Assembly: GCA_030529725.1 (NCBI GenBank)
Contig: JAUMWI010000002.1
Location: 13,639-77,638, forward strand
From: Eubacteriales bacterium
GTDB lineage: Bacteria > Bacillota > Clostridia > Oscillospirales > Oscillospiraceae
Length of the DNA stretch: 64,000 nucleotides
Reading direction: 5' to 3'
Shown here: positions 48,962 to 58,223 of the stretch, one piece after another
Numbering within the stretch: position 1 is the first letter of the stretch
How the letters are laid out: each line of letters starts with the position of its first letter
Position numbers and translations under genes: made by a program
Notes under the pieces: model-generated
Seen by the model: only the letters and a program-made list of their open reading frames with translations
What the model was told of the DNA's origin: nothing
Database searches by the model: none

Positions 48962-51202
48962 ATGGCGAAAAAGAAGCAACCCGAAGAACTGAACCGCCGC
49001 GCGGAAAACCCGTATGTACTCGGCCTTCACGCGGATGTTGTCGCGCAGCCGATCACGCAGACGTTGGAGACGAACTACATGCCGTATGCCATGTCCGTTA
49101 TCGTCTCGCGCGCCATTCCGGAGATCGACGGCTTCAAGCCCTCCCACCGCAAGCTCCTGTATACGATGTACAAAATGGGACTGCTCACCGGCGCGCGGAC
49201 AAAAAGCGCGAACATCGTCGGTCAGACCATGCGGTTAAACCCCCACGGTGACGCCGCCATCTATGACACGATGGTGCGTCTTTCCAAGGGCTACAGTGCG
49301 CTGCTGCACCCGTTTGTGGATTCCAAGGGCAACTTCGGTAAGGTCTACTCGCGCGATATGGCGTGGGCGGCAAGCCGTTACACGGAGGCAAAGCTGTCCC
49401 CCATCTGCGCGGAGATCTTCAAGGACATCGACTGCGACACGGTCGACTTTGTCGATAACTACGATAACTCCATGAAGGAGCCGGCGCTTCTGCCCACGAC
49501 CTTCCCCAATATTTTAGTTTCCGCGAATCAGGGCATCGCTGTCGGTATGGCAAGTCAGCTCTGCGGCTTCAATCTCGGTGAGGTGTGCGACGCGACGGTC
49601 GCGTATCTCAAAAATCCGGATTGCACGCTCTCGGAAATTCTGCTTGCGCCCGATTTTCCCACCGGCGGCGAGGTCATCTATGACAGCAATGCCATCGAGG
49701 AGGTCTACAACACCGGCCGCGGCGGCATCCGCGTGCGTGCAAGATGGCACTACGACAAGAAAGATAACCTCATTGAAATCTACGAGATCCCCTATACCAC
49801 CACGAGCGAAGCCATCATGGACAAGGTGGCGGAGCTGATTAAGCTCGGCAAGGTCAAGGAAATTGCCGATATGCGCGACGAGACTGACCTTTCCGGTCTC
49901 AAGCTTACCATTGACTTAAAGCGCGGTGTTGATCCTGACAAGCTGATGGCGAAGCTCTTTAAATCGACCACGCTGCTCGATACGATGTCCTGCAATTTTA
50001 ACGTCCTCATAGCGGGTATGCCGCGCGTGATGGGTGTGCGCGAGCTTCTGGACGAGTGGTGCGCCTGGCGCACGGAGAGCGTGAAACGCCGCGTGTACTT
50101 TGTGCTGAACAAGCGAAAAGAGAAGCTGCATCTTCTTAAGGGACTCAAGCGGATTTTGCTCGACATTGACAAGGCAATTCAAATTATCCGCGAGACGGAA
50201 AAGGAAGCCGATGTGGTCCCCAACTTGATGATCGGCTTCGGTATTGACCAGACGCAGGCGGAGTACGTCGCCGAGATTAAGCTGCGCAACATCAACCGTG
50301 AGTACATTTTGAAGCGTTTGGAAGAGACGGAGAGCCTCGAAAACGAGATCGAAGATCTCGAGGATATTCTTGCGCGTCCTTCCCGTGTGAAGAAGATCAT
50401 CGTGGAAGAGCTTACCGAGGTACGCAAAAAATACGCCGAACCGCGCAAGACCGGCATCGTTTATGAACACGAGATCGAAGAAGTTGAGGAGATCGAAGAG
50501 GCGGAAGATTATCCGGTGACGGTGTTCCTCTCCAAGCACGGCTACTTCAAGAAAATCACGCCGCAGTCCCTGCGCATGAGCGGCGAGCAGAAGTTCAAGG
50601 AGGACGATGCGCTTCGTCAAAGCGTTGAGACCTCGAACGCGAAGGAAGTCATGTTCTTCACTGACCGGTGCCAGGTCTACAAGACGCGCCTTTCTGAGTT
50701 TGATGACACCAAGGCTTCGGTGCTGGGCGATTACCTGCCCAATAAGCTCGGTATGGATGAGGGGGAGGGCGTCATCGGCATGGTGCTGCCGGGAGATTAC
50801 CGGGGGTGGCTGCTGTTCTTCTTTGAAAACGGCAAAGCTGCCAAGGTCGAGCTTTCCGCTTACCAGACGACCTCCAACCGCCGCCGCCTGACGGGTGCAT
50901 ACAGCGATAAGTGTCCGCTGCGGACAATTATGCACATTACGGAGGACTGTGAAATCGCACTCTACTCGACGGAGCCGCGCGTGCTGATCTTCAACACGGC
51001 ACTTCTCAGTGCGAAGTCCACCCGCGCAACGCAGGGTGTTGCGGCAATGACGCTTAAGAAAAAGTTTACGCTCGATTACGCCTGCCTCCCCGCCGAGACG
51101 GGAATCGGCAATCTGACGCGCTATCGCGGCCGCACGGTGCCTGCCGCCGGTGCGCTGCTGAAAACGGAAGACAGTGATGACAAACAGTTGTCACTCATTT
51201 AA
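48962..51202 (+). CDS. type IIA DNA topoisomerase subunit A (ParC/GyrA family, divergent)
   Basis: YAMSVIVSRAIPEIDGFKPSHRKLLYTMY and HPHGD-like NPHGDAAIY motifs. 746 aa. Confidence 0.9.
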   Translation: MAKKKQPEELNRRAENPYVLGLHADVVAQPITQTLETNYMPYAMSVIVSRAIPEIDGFKPSHRKLLYTMYKMGLLTGARTKSANIVGQTMRLNPHGDAAIYDTMVRLSKGYSALLHPFVDSKGNFGKVYSRDMAWAASRYTEAKLSPICAEIFKDIDCDTVDFVDNYDNSMKEPALLPTTFPNILVSANQGIAVGMASQLCGFNLGEVCDATVAYLKNPDCTLSEILLAPDFPTGGEVIYDSNAIEEVYNTGRGGIRVRARWHYDKKDNLIEIYEIPYTTTSEAIMDKVAELIKLGKVKEIADMRDETDLSGLKLTIDLKRGVDPDKLMAKLFKSTTLLDTMSCNFNVLIAGMPRVMGVRELLDEWCAWRTESVKRRVYFVLNKRKEKLHLLKGLKRILLDIDKAIQIIRETEKEADVVPNLMIGFGIDQTQAEYVAEIKLRNINREYILKRLEETESLENEIEDLEDILARPSRVKKIIVEELTEVRKKYAEPRKTGIVYEHEIEEVEEIEEAEDYPVTVFLSKHGYFKKITPQSLRMSGEQKFKEDDALRQSVETSNAKEVMFFTDRCQVYKTRLSEFDDTKASVLGDYLPNKLGMDEGEGVIGMVLPGDYRGWLLFFFENGKAAKVELSAYQTTSNRRRLTGAYSDKCPLRTIMHITEDCEIALYSTEPRVLIFNTALLSAKSTRATQGVAAMTLKKKFTLDYACLPAETGIGNLTRYRGRTVPAAGALLKTEDSDDKQLSLI

Positions 51203-51221
51203 CGGAAATAAGGAGGAACAT

Positions 51222-51827
51222 ATGGATTTTGGCAAAGTGAAGGCCGCATTGGAAATGCGCGGATTCAAGGTCTCGACTTTTGCATCCTCTGCGGAGGCAT
51301 CCCGGTATCTCAATGAGCAGATCGACGGAATGAGCGTTTCATCGGGAGGCTCCATCACGCTGGAACAGACCGGTATTCTTGCATCGCTCGGACGGCACAA
51401 TGAGTTGGTCAGCCATTGGCATGTGCCGGAGGGGAAAAGTCCTGACGAGGTGCGCCTGCAGGCGATGACGACTGACGTGTATCTTACCTCTGTCAACGGC
51501 CTTGCCGAAACGGGAGAGCTGATCAATATTGACGGAACGGGCAACCGTGTGAGCAGCACACTGTTCGGACACAAGAAGGTCTATTTTGTTGTCGGACGCA
51601 ACAAGCTCGCCCCGACCTATGAGGACGCGCTCTGGCGCGCACGCAACATTGCCGCGCCCAAGAATGCGCAGCGCCTCGGCATGAAAACACCGTGCGCTGC
51701 AAAGGCTGACCGCTGTTATGACTGCAAGAGCCCCGAGCGTATCTGTCGGGGACTTGTGGTGCTGTGGGGGACCATGAAGAGCTGCGAAATGGAGGTCGTC
51801 CTTGTGGACGAGGAGCTTGGATATTAA
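51222..51827 (+). CDS. LUD-domain (LutC/YkgG-like) protein
   Basis: 201 aa with an AGGAGG RBS. Contains NGLAETGELINIDGTGNRVS and a C-terminal Cys cluster CYDCKSPERIC. Confidence 0.75.
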   Translation: MDFGKVKAALEMRGFKVSTFASSAEASRYLNEQIDGMSVSSGGSITLEQTGILASLGRHNELVSHWHVPEGKSPDEVRLQAMTTDVYLTSVNGLAETGELINIDGTGNRVSSTLFGHKKVYFVVGRNKLAPTYEDALWRARNIAAPKNAQRLGMKTPCAAKADRCYDCKSPERICRGLVVLWGTMKSCEMEVVLVDEELGY

Positions 51828-51845
51828 GATGGGGAGGTGGGCGCT

Positions 51846-52481
51846 GTGAGAAAGAGAATCGCTGCTTTTTCTGCGGCGCTCTGCCTGCTGCTCACAGGCT
51901 GCAGCAACATCGTGCTGGAGCGGTCTTACTCCAACGTTTCCCCGCACAGCGCGACCTACTGGGAGAACGAGGGCACCGATACTCTGCGCGCGGACAGCTA
52001 TCAGGATCTCGTCAATGCGATGCTGCTGCTGCTTGACGAACACGCAGACAGCGGTGCGGTCCGCGTTTACGGAGACGATACGGACGCAGAGACAATGATG
52101 CAAAGTGCCTGCAGCGAGGTGCAGCAGGAAACGGCGCTTGGCGCGTATCTGCTTGACTACATCACCTATGCCGGCTCGCAGGAGCGCGGCTATTATGAGC
52201 TGAGCGTACACTTCGGCTATCGCCGCACACAGGCGGAGCACGAGGACATCATCAACGCAAGTTCCACCGAGGCGCTGCCTGAGCTTCTTCATCTCGCCGT
52301 CGAGCGCGGAGCAAGTGCGCTGACCGTCCGCATCGGGTATTTTGCCACGGATCGCAGCGGTGTGGAGCAGATGGTGCGTGAGGTGCAAAGCGACTGTTCG
52401 CAAACAGACAAACCGTGGCAGGTGTTTTTCTATCCGGACACCGAAGAAGCCGGCATTGTGGAGATCCTGCTTGCAGAGTAA
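51846..52481 (+). CDS. hypothetical lipoprotein
   Basis: Lipobox LLLTGCS. GTG at 51846 follows GGAGG (alternative start at 51837). Confidence 0.65.
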   Translation: MRKRIAAFSAALCLLLTGCSNIVLERSYSNVSPHSATYWENEGTDTLRADSYQDLVNAMLLLLDEHADSGAVRVYGDDTDAETMMQSACSEVQQETALGAYLLDYITYAGSQERGYYELSVHFGYRRTQAEHEDIINASSTEALPELLHLAVERGASALTVRIGYFATDRSGVEQMVREVQSDCSQTDKPWQVFFYPDTEEAGIVEILLAE

Positions 52482-52531
52482 CTGCATACAAAACAAAAAA
52501 AGCTTCCCCCATACAGGGGAAGCTTTTTCAA

Positions 52532-54115
52532 TTATTTGACGCTCAGCCAGTCCTCAAGGACAAGACCGGGATTGTGCTTGGTGAGGAAACCGACTGACCA
52601 CTCACCGCCGAACGCGATGAGGCGCCTGCCCTTGAAATCCTCCAGTACGCGCGAGCCGGTGCACAGCAGCAGATCCTTCACATCGCACGGGCACTCGGCG
52701 ATCAGGCGCAGATGCTCGTAAGGGAGCCCACTCATGCGAAGCTCTACGCCGTACTCATTTTTCATGCGGTATTCAAACACGTCGAACTGCAGTGTGCCGA
52801 CCACGCCGACAACAACGTCCTCAAAGCCGGAATCCGGCATTTTGAAGATCTGGATGGCGCCTTCCTGCGCGATCTGCTCGATGCCCTTGACAAACTGCTT
52901 GCGTTTCATCGTGTCCTTGGGGGACACGGACATGAAGTGCTCCGGCTCGAAGGTCGGAATACCGGAGTATTTGAACTTTTTACCCGGCACGGTGATCGTG
53001 TCGCCAATGGAAAAGATGCCGGGGTCAAACACACCGATGATATCGCCTGCATAAGCTTCCTCAACGATTTCGCGCTCGGAGGCCATCATGGTCTGCGGCT
53101 GGGACAGACGCATCTTTTTGCCGCTTTGCACATGGTAATACTCGGTGTCGCGCTCAAACTTACCGGAGCAGATGCGCATAAAGGCAAGGCGGTCACGGTG
53201 CGCCTTGTTCATGTTTGCCTGAATTTTAAAGACGAATGCAGAAAACTCGGGAGAAAATACGTCCACCTCGCCGGTATCGGAAACGCGGGAGAGGGGAGCG
53301 GTGGTCATCTTGAGAAAGCTTTCCAAAAACGGCTCCACACCGAAGTTTGTGAGTGCTGAGCCGAAGAAAACGGGAGAGAGTGTGCCGTTTTGCACGGCGG
53401 AGAGGTCAAACTCCCGACCGGCGCCGAGCAGCTCTACCTCATCGGCAAGCGTGTCCCGACGTTTTTGACCGATCAGCGCCGTCAGCTCGGGATCCTCCAG
53501 ATCAATGGCGGTCACGGCAGCCTTCTTCGCGTGCCCCTCGCCGGTGAAGTGAAGGATGCAGCTCTTTTCACGGTCATACACACCGAAAAACTCTTTTCCG
53601 CAGCCGATCGGCCAGTTGACAGGATAGGTGTCAATGCCCAGCTCACGCTCGACTTCCTCGCAAAGATCAAGGGGATCGCGTGTTTCACGGTCCATCTTGT
53701 TGATAAAGGTGAAGATAGGAATATGACGCAGGGCGCAGACCTTGAAGAGCTTGCGTGTCTGCGGCTCGACGCCCTTGGCGCCGTCAATGACCATGACGGC
53801 ACTGTCCGCTGCCATAAGTGTGCGGTAGGTATCTTCGGAAAAGTCCTGGTGGCCCGGGGTGTCAAGAATATTGATGCAGAAGCCGTCGTGCTGGAACTGC
53901 ATGACGGAGGAGGTGACGGAAATGCCGCGCTGCTTTTCGATTTCCATCCAGTCACTCGTTGCCGCGCGTGCTTTTTTGCCTTTTACCTCGCCGGCCTGTG
54001 CAATGGCACCGCCGTAGAGCAGGAATTTTTCCGTCAGCGTCGTTTTACCGGCGTCCGGATGGGAGATAATGGCAAAGGTCCTGCGGCGAGAGATCTCTTC
54101 GTGTAAGCTGGCCAT
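52532..54115 (-). CDS. prfC: peptide chain release factor 3
   Basis: RRTFAIISHPDAGKTTLTEKFLLYGGAI and DTPGHQDF motifs. 527 aa. Confidence 0.95.
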   Translation of the reverse strand: MASLHEEISRRRTFAIISHPDAGKTTLTEKFLLYGGAIAQAGEVKGKKARAATSDWMEIEKQRGISVTSSVMQFQHDGFCINILDTPGHQDFSEDTYRTLMAADSAVMVIDGAKGVEPQTRKLFKVCALRHIPIFTFINKMDRETRDPLDLCEEVERELGIDTYPVNWPIGCGKEFFGVYDREKSCILHFTGEGHAKKAAVTAIDLEDPELTALIGQKRRDTLADEVELLGAGREFDLSAVQNGTLSPVFFGSALTNFGVEPFLESFLKMTTAPLSRVSDTGEVDVFSPEFSAFVFKIQANMNKAHRDRLAFMRICSGKFERDTEYYHVQSGKKMRLSQPQTMMASEREIVEEAYAGDIIGVFDPGIFSIGDTITVPGKKFKYSGIPTFEPEHFMSVSPKDTMKRKQFVKGIEQIAQEGAIQIFKMPDSGFEDVVVGVVGTLQFDVFEYRMKNEYGVELRMSGLPYEHLRLIAECPCDVKDLLLCTGSRVLEDFKGRRLIAFGGEWSVGFLTKHNPGLVLEDWLSVK

Positions 54116-54130
54116 ATGGCTTCCTCCTGA

Positions 54131-54162
54131 TACAACAAAAGCCGGTCAAAAGACCGGCTTTT
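54131..54162 (-). terminator. intrinsic terminator after tRNA-Gly
   Basis: Stem AAAAGCCGGTC / GACCGGCTTTT. Confidence 0.65.
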
Positions 54163-54168
54163 TCTTTA

Positions 54169-54244
54169 TGGAGCGGGCGACGAGGCTCGAACTCGCTACC
54201 TCCACCTTGGCAAGGTGGCGCTCTACCAGATGAGCTACGCCCGC
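54169..54244 (-). tRNA. tRNA-Gly (anticodon GCC)
   Basis: Hand-folded: acceptor GCGGGCG/CGCCCGC, anticodon arm CCACC-TTGCCAA-GGTGG, T arm GCGAG-TTCGAGC-CTCGT, encoded CCA. Confidence 0.92.
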
Positions 54245-54256
54245 GGAACGTAGAGA

Positions 54257-54285
54257 ACTATAACAGAGAAACAGATTTTTGTCAA
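54257..54285 (-). promoter_or_regulatory. sigma-A-type promoter of tRNA-Gly
   Basis: Minus strand TTGACA-17 nt-TATAGT. Confidence 0.7.
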
Positions 54286-54413
54286 GGGGAAAAAACCAAA
54301 TTTCGGGAAAATAAAATTATTTTTATGCCGCAACATTTTTGGCAGCGATCCGTCTATATTATCAGATATGGCATGAGCCATATACAATTCGCAAAACAAG
54401 AAGGAGAACCAAA

Positions 54414-54911
54414 ATGATGAAAACTGCGAAAAAGATTACCGCCGCTGTGCTGACGCTTGTGCTGACACTGTCCCTTGCTGCCTGCGGCGCGAAGAACGAT
54501 TTGCCCGATCCCGAAGCAAATGACGCACAGGAAGAGCAGCAGAGCATTACGGACTACACCGGCGAATATGCCGACCGCGTCAGCCAGCGCGCGGTGATGA
54601 GCGTTGTGCAGGACGGCGAAACGCTCCGCTTTGAGATCACCTGGGGCAGCTCCGCCTTTGAGACCTCCGTCTGGACGATGAGCGGCACGGTGAGTGAGGA
54701 CGGTACGCGCGTTGACTATACCGATGGCAGGCTGGTCACGACCACCTATGGTGAGCCGGGCGAGCTGCCCGGGGAGGAGGCAACACCGGTGGAAGAACTG
54801 ATCGTCTACGAAAATGGCACCGGGCATTTTGACATTGCTGACGGTGTGTTTACCTGGACGAGCGACAACGATACGTTTGCACAGGCACCTGAATTTGAGC
54901 AGATGCGGTAA
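54414..54911 (+). CDS. hypothetical lipoprotein
   Basis: Start MMKTAKKITAAVLTLVLTLSLAACG (lipobox) follows an AAGGAG RBS. 165 aa. Confidence 0.7.
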   Translation: MMKTAKKITAAVLTLVLTLSLAACGAKNDLPDPEANDAQEEQQSITDYTGEYADRVSQRAVMSVVQDGETLRFEITWGSSAFETSVWTMSGTVSEDGTRVDYTDGRLVTTTYGEPGELPGEEATPVEELIVYENGTGHFDIADGVFTWTSDNDTFAQAPEFEQMR

Positions 54912-54929
54912 CACGGAAAACAAAAGAAG

Positions 54930-54967
54930 AGCGAACACCGTCACATTCGGGCGGCGTTCGCTTTTTT
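54930..54967 (+). terminator. intrinsic terminator after the lipoprotein gene
   Basis: Stem AGCGAACACCG / CGGCGTTCGCT (1 mismatch) plus TTTTT. Confidence 0.7.
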
Positions 54968-55008
54968 AGTGCGCTTGCTTTATCGTTTACAATGCGTTTG
55001 CGGACGGC

Positions 55009-55779
55009 TCAGTTCTCTTCGCCGGTCAGATTCTCCGGTTCATGATCTGTAAAATCGGCGGCGGCACAGCAGCCGAGGAGAATGAGGGCGAAGCCGGCGT
55101 AGAACAACATACTCAAGAAGCTCCGCCGCTCGGCGACCATGCAGGAGCAAAGAATCACCGATACTGCACCCAGCGGCAGGAACAGGCGCGGCGCGCCATT
55201 GCGGAAGGCAAAGGCAGAAAGTTCAAGAAATGTCATGGTAAGCGCGGCGAGAGCAAGGATCTCAATGTACAGATGACCGAGCACGGGATCGGCTGCGGAG
55301 CTGCGGTAGGAGACGATGGTCTGCAGCACCAGCGCACATACCGGCGTGAGCAGCACGACGCCGGGAAATTCTATGCCGCGCCGCAGGGCAAAGAGTGCAT
55401 AGATCACCGACACTGCACATGCAAACCAGAAAACCGACAGCAGCATGGCAAGCATCGTACGCCACGGATTCAGCAAGCTCAGCACGGCAGTTCCGATAAG
55501 TGCGAAGGCACCCAAGACGGAGAGCATTACGGGAACGGTGGAGCTGAAATCGAAGTATCTGCCCATTGCGCCGGACAGGTCACGCTGTGCCGGATAACGG
55601 CGGCACAGCAGCAGAAAAACTGCGGCGGCAAGCAGCAGCGTGATCGGCAGGGCGATTGCCGGCAGGCAGCCGTGCAGCGCAAGTCCGTCTGCGTCGAAGC
55701 CGGTGCGCAGATGTTCTGTTCTCAGGAAGGCGGCAGCAGCGGAAAAGAGAGCGAGCAGCAGCCAATACATTTTTTTCAC
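55009..55779 (-). CDS. hypothetical multi-pass membrane protein
   Basis: 256 aa with ~7 hydrophobic helices. I recognise no family. Confidence 0.6.
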   Translation of the reverse strand: MKKMYWLLLALFSAAAAFLRTEHLRTGFDADGLALHGCLPAIALPITLLLAAAVFLLLCRRYPAQRDLSGAMGRYFDFSSTVPVMLSVLGAFALIGTAVLSLLNPWRTMLAMLLSVFWFACAVSVIYALFALRRGIEFPGVVLLTPVCALVLQTIVSYRSSAADPVLGHLYIEILALAALTMTFLELSAFAFRNGAPRLFLPLGAVSVILCSCMVAERRSFLSMLFYAGFALILLGCCAAADFTDHEPENLTGEEN

Positions 55780-55846
55780 AGCGATCGGGTCCTTTCCGGT
55801 TCAAGATATAAGCATGATAACACAAACGGACGGATTTGTCCACGAA

Positions 55847-55875
55847 TCATTTTGCGGACAACCATTTCATAAGAT
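55847..55875 (+). promoter_or_regulatory. candidate sigma-E-type sporulation promoter of spoIID
   Basis: TCATTTT-14 nt-CATAAGAT against the recalled B. subtilis sigma-E consensus kmATATT-14-CATACAnT. Confidence 0.35.
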
Positions 55876-55917
55876 AAGAAAAGCAGTGAAGAAAAACAGA
55901 TGAGAAGGAGCAGGGAC

Positions 55918-56910
55918 ATGAAGCATTACATTCGTATCTTTCTTCTGCTGTTCGTCCTTTTGTGGGCGCTTGCATGGACTGCGGCGGGGCAGTGCGCTCC
56001 GACTGAGCAGGGCGAGACGGAGCAGACGCAGCCGATCGCATCGGGCGTTTCCGATTATGACGGGGAAAAGCACCTTCGCGTACTGCATGGCGGTGCGGTG
56101 GAGCAGATGACCATGGAGAACTACCTTCTCGGCGTGCTGCGCGCCGAGATGCCGGCATCGTTTGAGATGGAGGCACTTAAGGCACAGGCAATCGCCGCGC
56201 GGACCTATACACTCTATAAAATGGCGGGCGGTGAGATTGCGAATCATCCGCAGGCAGATGCCTGCGATGACATTACCTGCTGCAAGGCGTACATGAGTGC
56301 GGAGAGTGCAGCACAGCAGTGGGGCAGCATGGCGGTCTATTACGAAGAGAAGCTCCTGCGTGCAATCCGCGAGACAGACGGGCAGATCGTTCTTTATGAT
56401 AATGCGCCGATTCTTGCGGTGTTCTGCTCCTCAGTGGGGGGCAACACACAAAATGCCGGTGCGGTGTGGATGAGCGATTTGCCGTACCTGCAGAGTGTGT
56501 CAAGCCCGGAGAGTGAGCAGCTTGTGCCGAACTACTACTCGACAGTCCGCTTCCGTGCCGAAGAGTTTCGATCGCTGATCCATGCGGCATACCCTGCCGC
56601 CGATCTTTCGGGCAGTCCCGAGGGCTGGATTCGGGACATTGTGCGCAATGATGGCGGGTTTGTGACTTCACTGCGTATCGGCGGTGTGACGCTGCGCGGT
56701 AATGAGGCACGCACGATTCTGTCGTTGCGTTCCCCCTCATTTACCGTGGAGGCGGACGCGGATACCATTACGTTTCATGTCACCGGCTATGGTCACGGCG
56801 TCGGTATGAGCCAGTACGGCGCCAACGCGCTGGCAAAGGAGGGCAAGAATTGCGAGCAGATCCTCACGCATTATTTTACCGGAACGACAGTCGGATTTGC
56901 CGATCAGTAA
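55918..56910 (+). CDS. spoIID: stage II sporulation protein D (SpoIID/LytB domain)
   Basis: AQAIAARTYTLYK and GYGHGVGMSQYGA motifs. AAGGAG RBS. Confidence 0.88.
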   Translation: MKHYIRIFLLLFVLLWALAWTAAGQCAPTEQGETEQTQPIASGVSDYDGEKHLRVLHGGAVEQMTMENYLLGVLRAEMPASFEMEALKAQAIAARTYTLYKMAGGEIANHPQADACDDITCCKAYMSAESAAQQWGSMAVYYEEKLLRAIRETDGQIVLYDNAPILAVFCSSVGGNTQNAGAVWMSDLPYLQSVSSPESEQLVPNYYSTVRFRAEEFRSLIHAAYPAADLSGSPEGWIRDIVRNDGGFVTSLRIGGVTLRGNEARTILSLRSPSFTVEADADTITFHVTGYGHGVGMSQYGANALAKEGKNCEQILTHYFTGTTVGFADQ

Positions 56911-56976
56911 AGGACTTGCAAAGCGAAACGGAAATTGCTATAATTACTGTGGATTTTTATTGGAGGGGGTGCTGCC

Positions 56977-58116
56977 GTGAAGTGGAGAAAACGGATTTTG
57001 AGCATGCTGCTTGCGCTGCTGATGTTCACATCCATTCTGCCGCCGGTCACACAGGCGGCACCTTCGGTTTGCTTTACCTCGGTCAATGATACGATCCGGG
57101 ATCTGAATGATGAGACGATGCCGTTCTGGTCGGACGGATTGCTCTACATTCCCCATACCGCGATTGATGACGGCAATGTGCCGAAGGAACTCGGCATTTA
57201 TTGCTCCTTTAACCGCGAAAAGAAGATCGTCACGCTGTACCGGATGGGAAAAGTGATTGTTTTCGACATCGCTGCGGGGACTGTGTATGACAACAATGAT
57301 CAGGACACACTGCTTGACAGCACGGTGATCGTGCGCGGCGATGTAGCATTTTTGCCGCTGGACACGGTGGCGAAGGCATTTTCCTTGAAATACAGCTATC
57401 TTAAGGTCGATTACGGCTATCTTTTGCGCATCAAAAGTGACGCAGTGGTGCTGTCCGACAGCAAGTTTATTGACGCGGCAACGCTGCCGATGACACAGCG
57501 GTACAATCAATATGAAAAGACGCACCAGAACGCAAACGGCGCGCCCAGCGGCAATGAAAACGACGGAAATCAGGCAGCGCGGATGTCAGCCTATCTTGCC
57601 CTTCTTGCCGATGATCCCGCCGCGTCGGAGAGGATGCTGCTCTTCCTTGAAAAAAACGGCCACGCAGCGACATTTCTCTTTGATGAAACGGCGATCGCCG
57701 GAAGGGACGATCTGCTGCGGCATGTTGTGATCAGCGGCAGTGCGGTGGCGCTGCGCGTTGATGCATCGGAAGGAGCGGAGCAGACGATCTCCGCCATTGA
57801 GCGCGCCAATGAGGCGCTTTGGACGGCGAGCAACACAAAAACGCGTCTTGTCTGCCTCAGCAGCGCATCGGATGCGGTGATTGCATCGGTCCGCTCGGCA
57901 GGCTACTGTCCCGTTATCTTCGCGCTGGATTATCAGGAGAAGCTGCCGTCTGCTTCGCGTGCGGCAAACAGCATACTTTCCTACGCAGGGCAGGGGAAAG
58001 TATGCAGTGTGTATCTGGGCGGCGCGGAACAGGCGGAAAAGCTGATGGCTTCACTTGCCTCATCTCTGCGCAGCAGCGGCTGCGCATTGGCGCGGCTGAA
58101 TGAAGTGACGGCGTAG
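56977..58116 (+). CDS. secreted protein: copper-amine-oxidase-N-like stalk domain plus a possible NodB/deacetylase-like domain
   Basis: GTG start after GGAGGGGG. Signal peptide ...PPVTQAAP. Domain calls rest on weak pattern recall only. Confidence 0.5.
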   Translation: MKWRKRILSMLLALLMFTSILPPVTQAAPSVCFTSVNDTIRDLNDETMPFWSDGLLYIPHTAIDDGNVPKELGIYCSFNREKKIVTLYRMGKVIVFDIAAGTVYDNNDQDTLLDSTVIVRGDVAFLPLDTVAKAFSLKYSYLKVDYGYLLRIKSDAVVLSDSKFIDAATLPMTQRYNQYEKTHQNANGAPSGNENDGNQAARMSAYLALLADDPAASERMLLFLEKNGHAATFLFDETAIAGRDDLLRHVVISGSAVALRVDASEGAEQTISAIERANEALWTASNTKTRLVCLSSASDAVIASVRSAGYCPVIFALDYQEKLPSASRAANSILSYAGQGKVCSVYLGGAEQAEKLMASLASSLRSSGCALARLNEVTA

Positions 58117-58223
58117 AGTTTTTACAAATTGTTCAGGAAAACGCATGAAAAGTGCGTATAATGGACATTAGCCGCATGGTATGGAAGAGAAAACGCAGGA
58201 AGAGTGCGGAAGGGGAGACGTTT

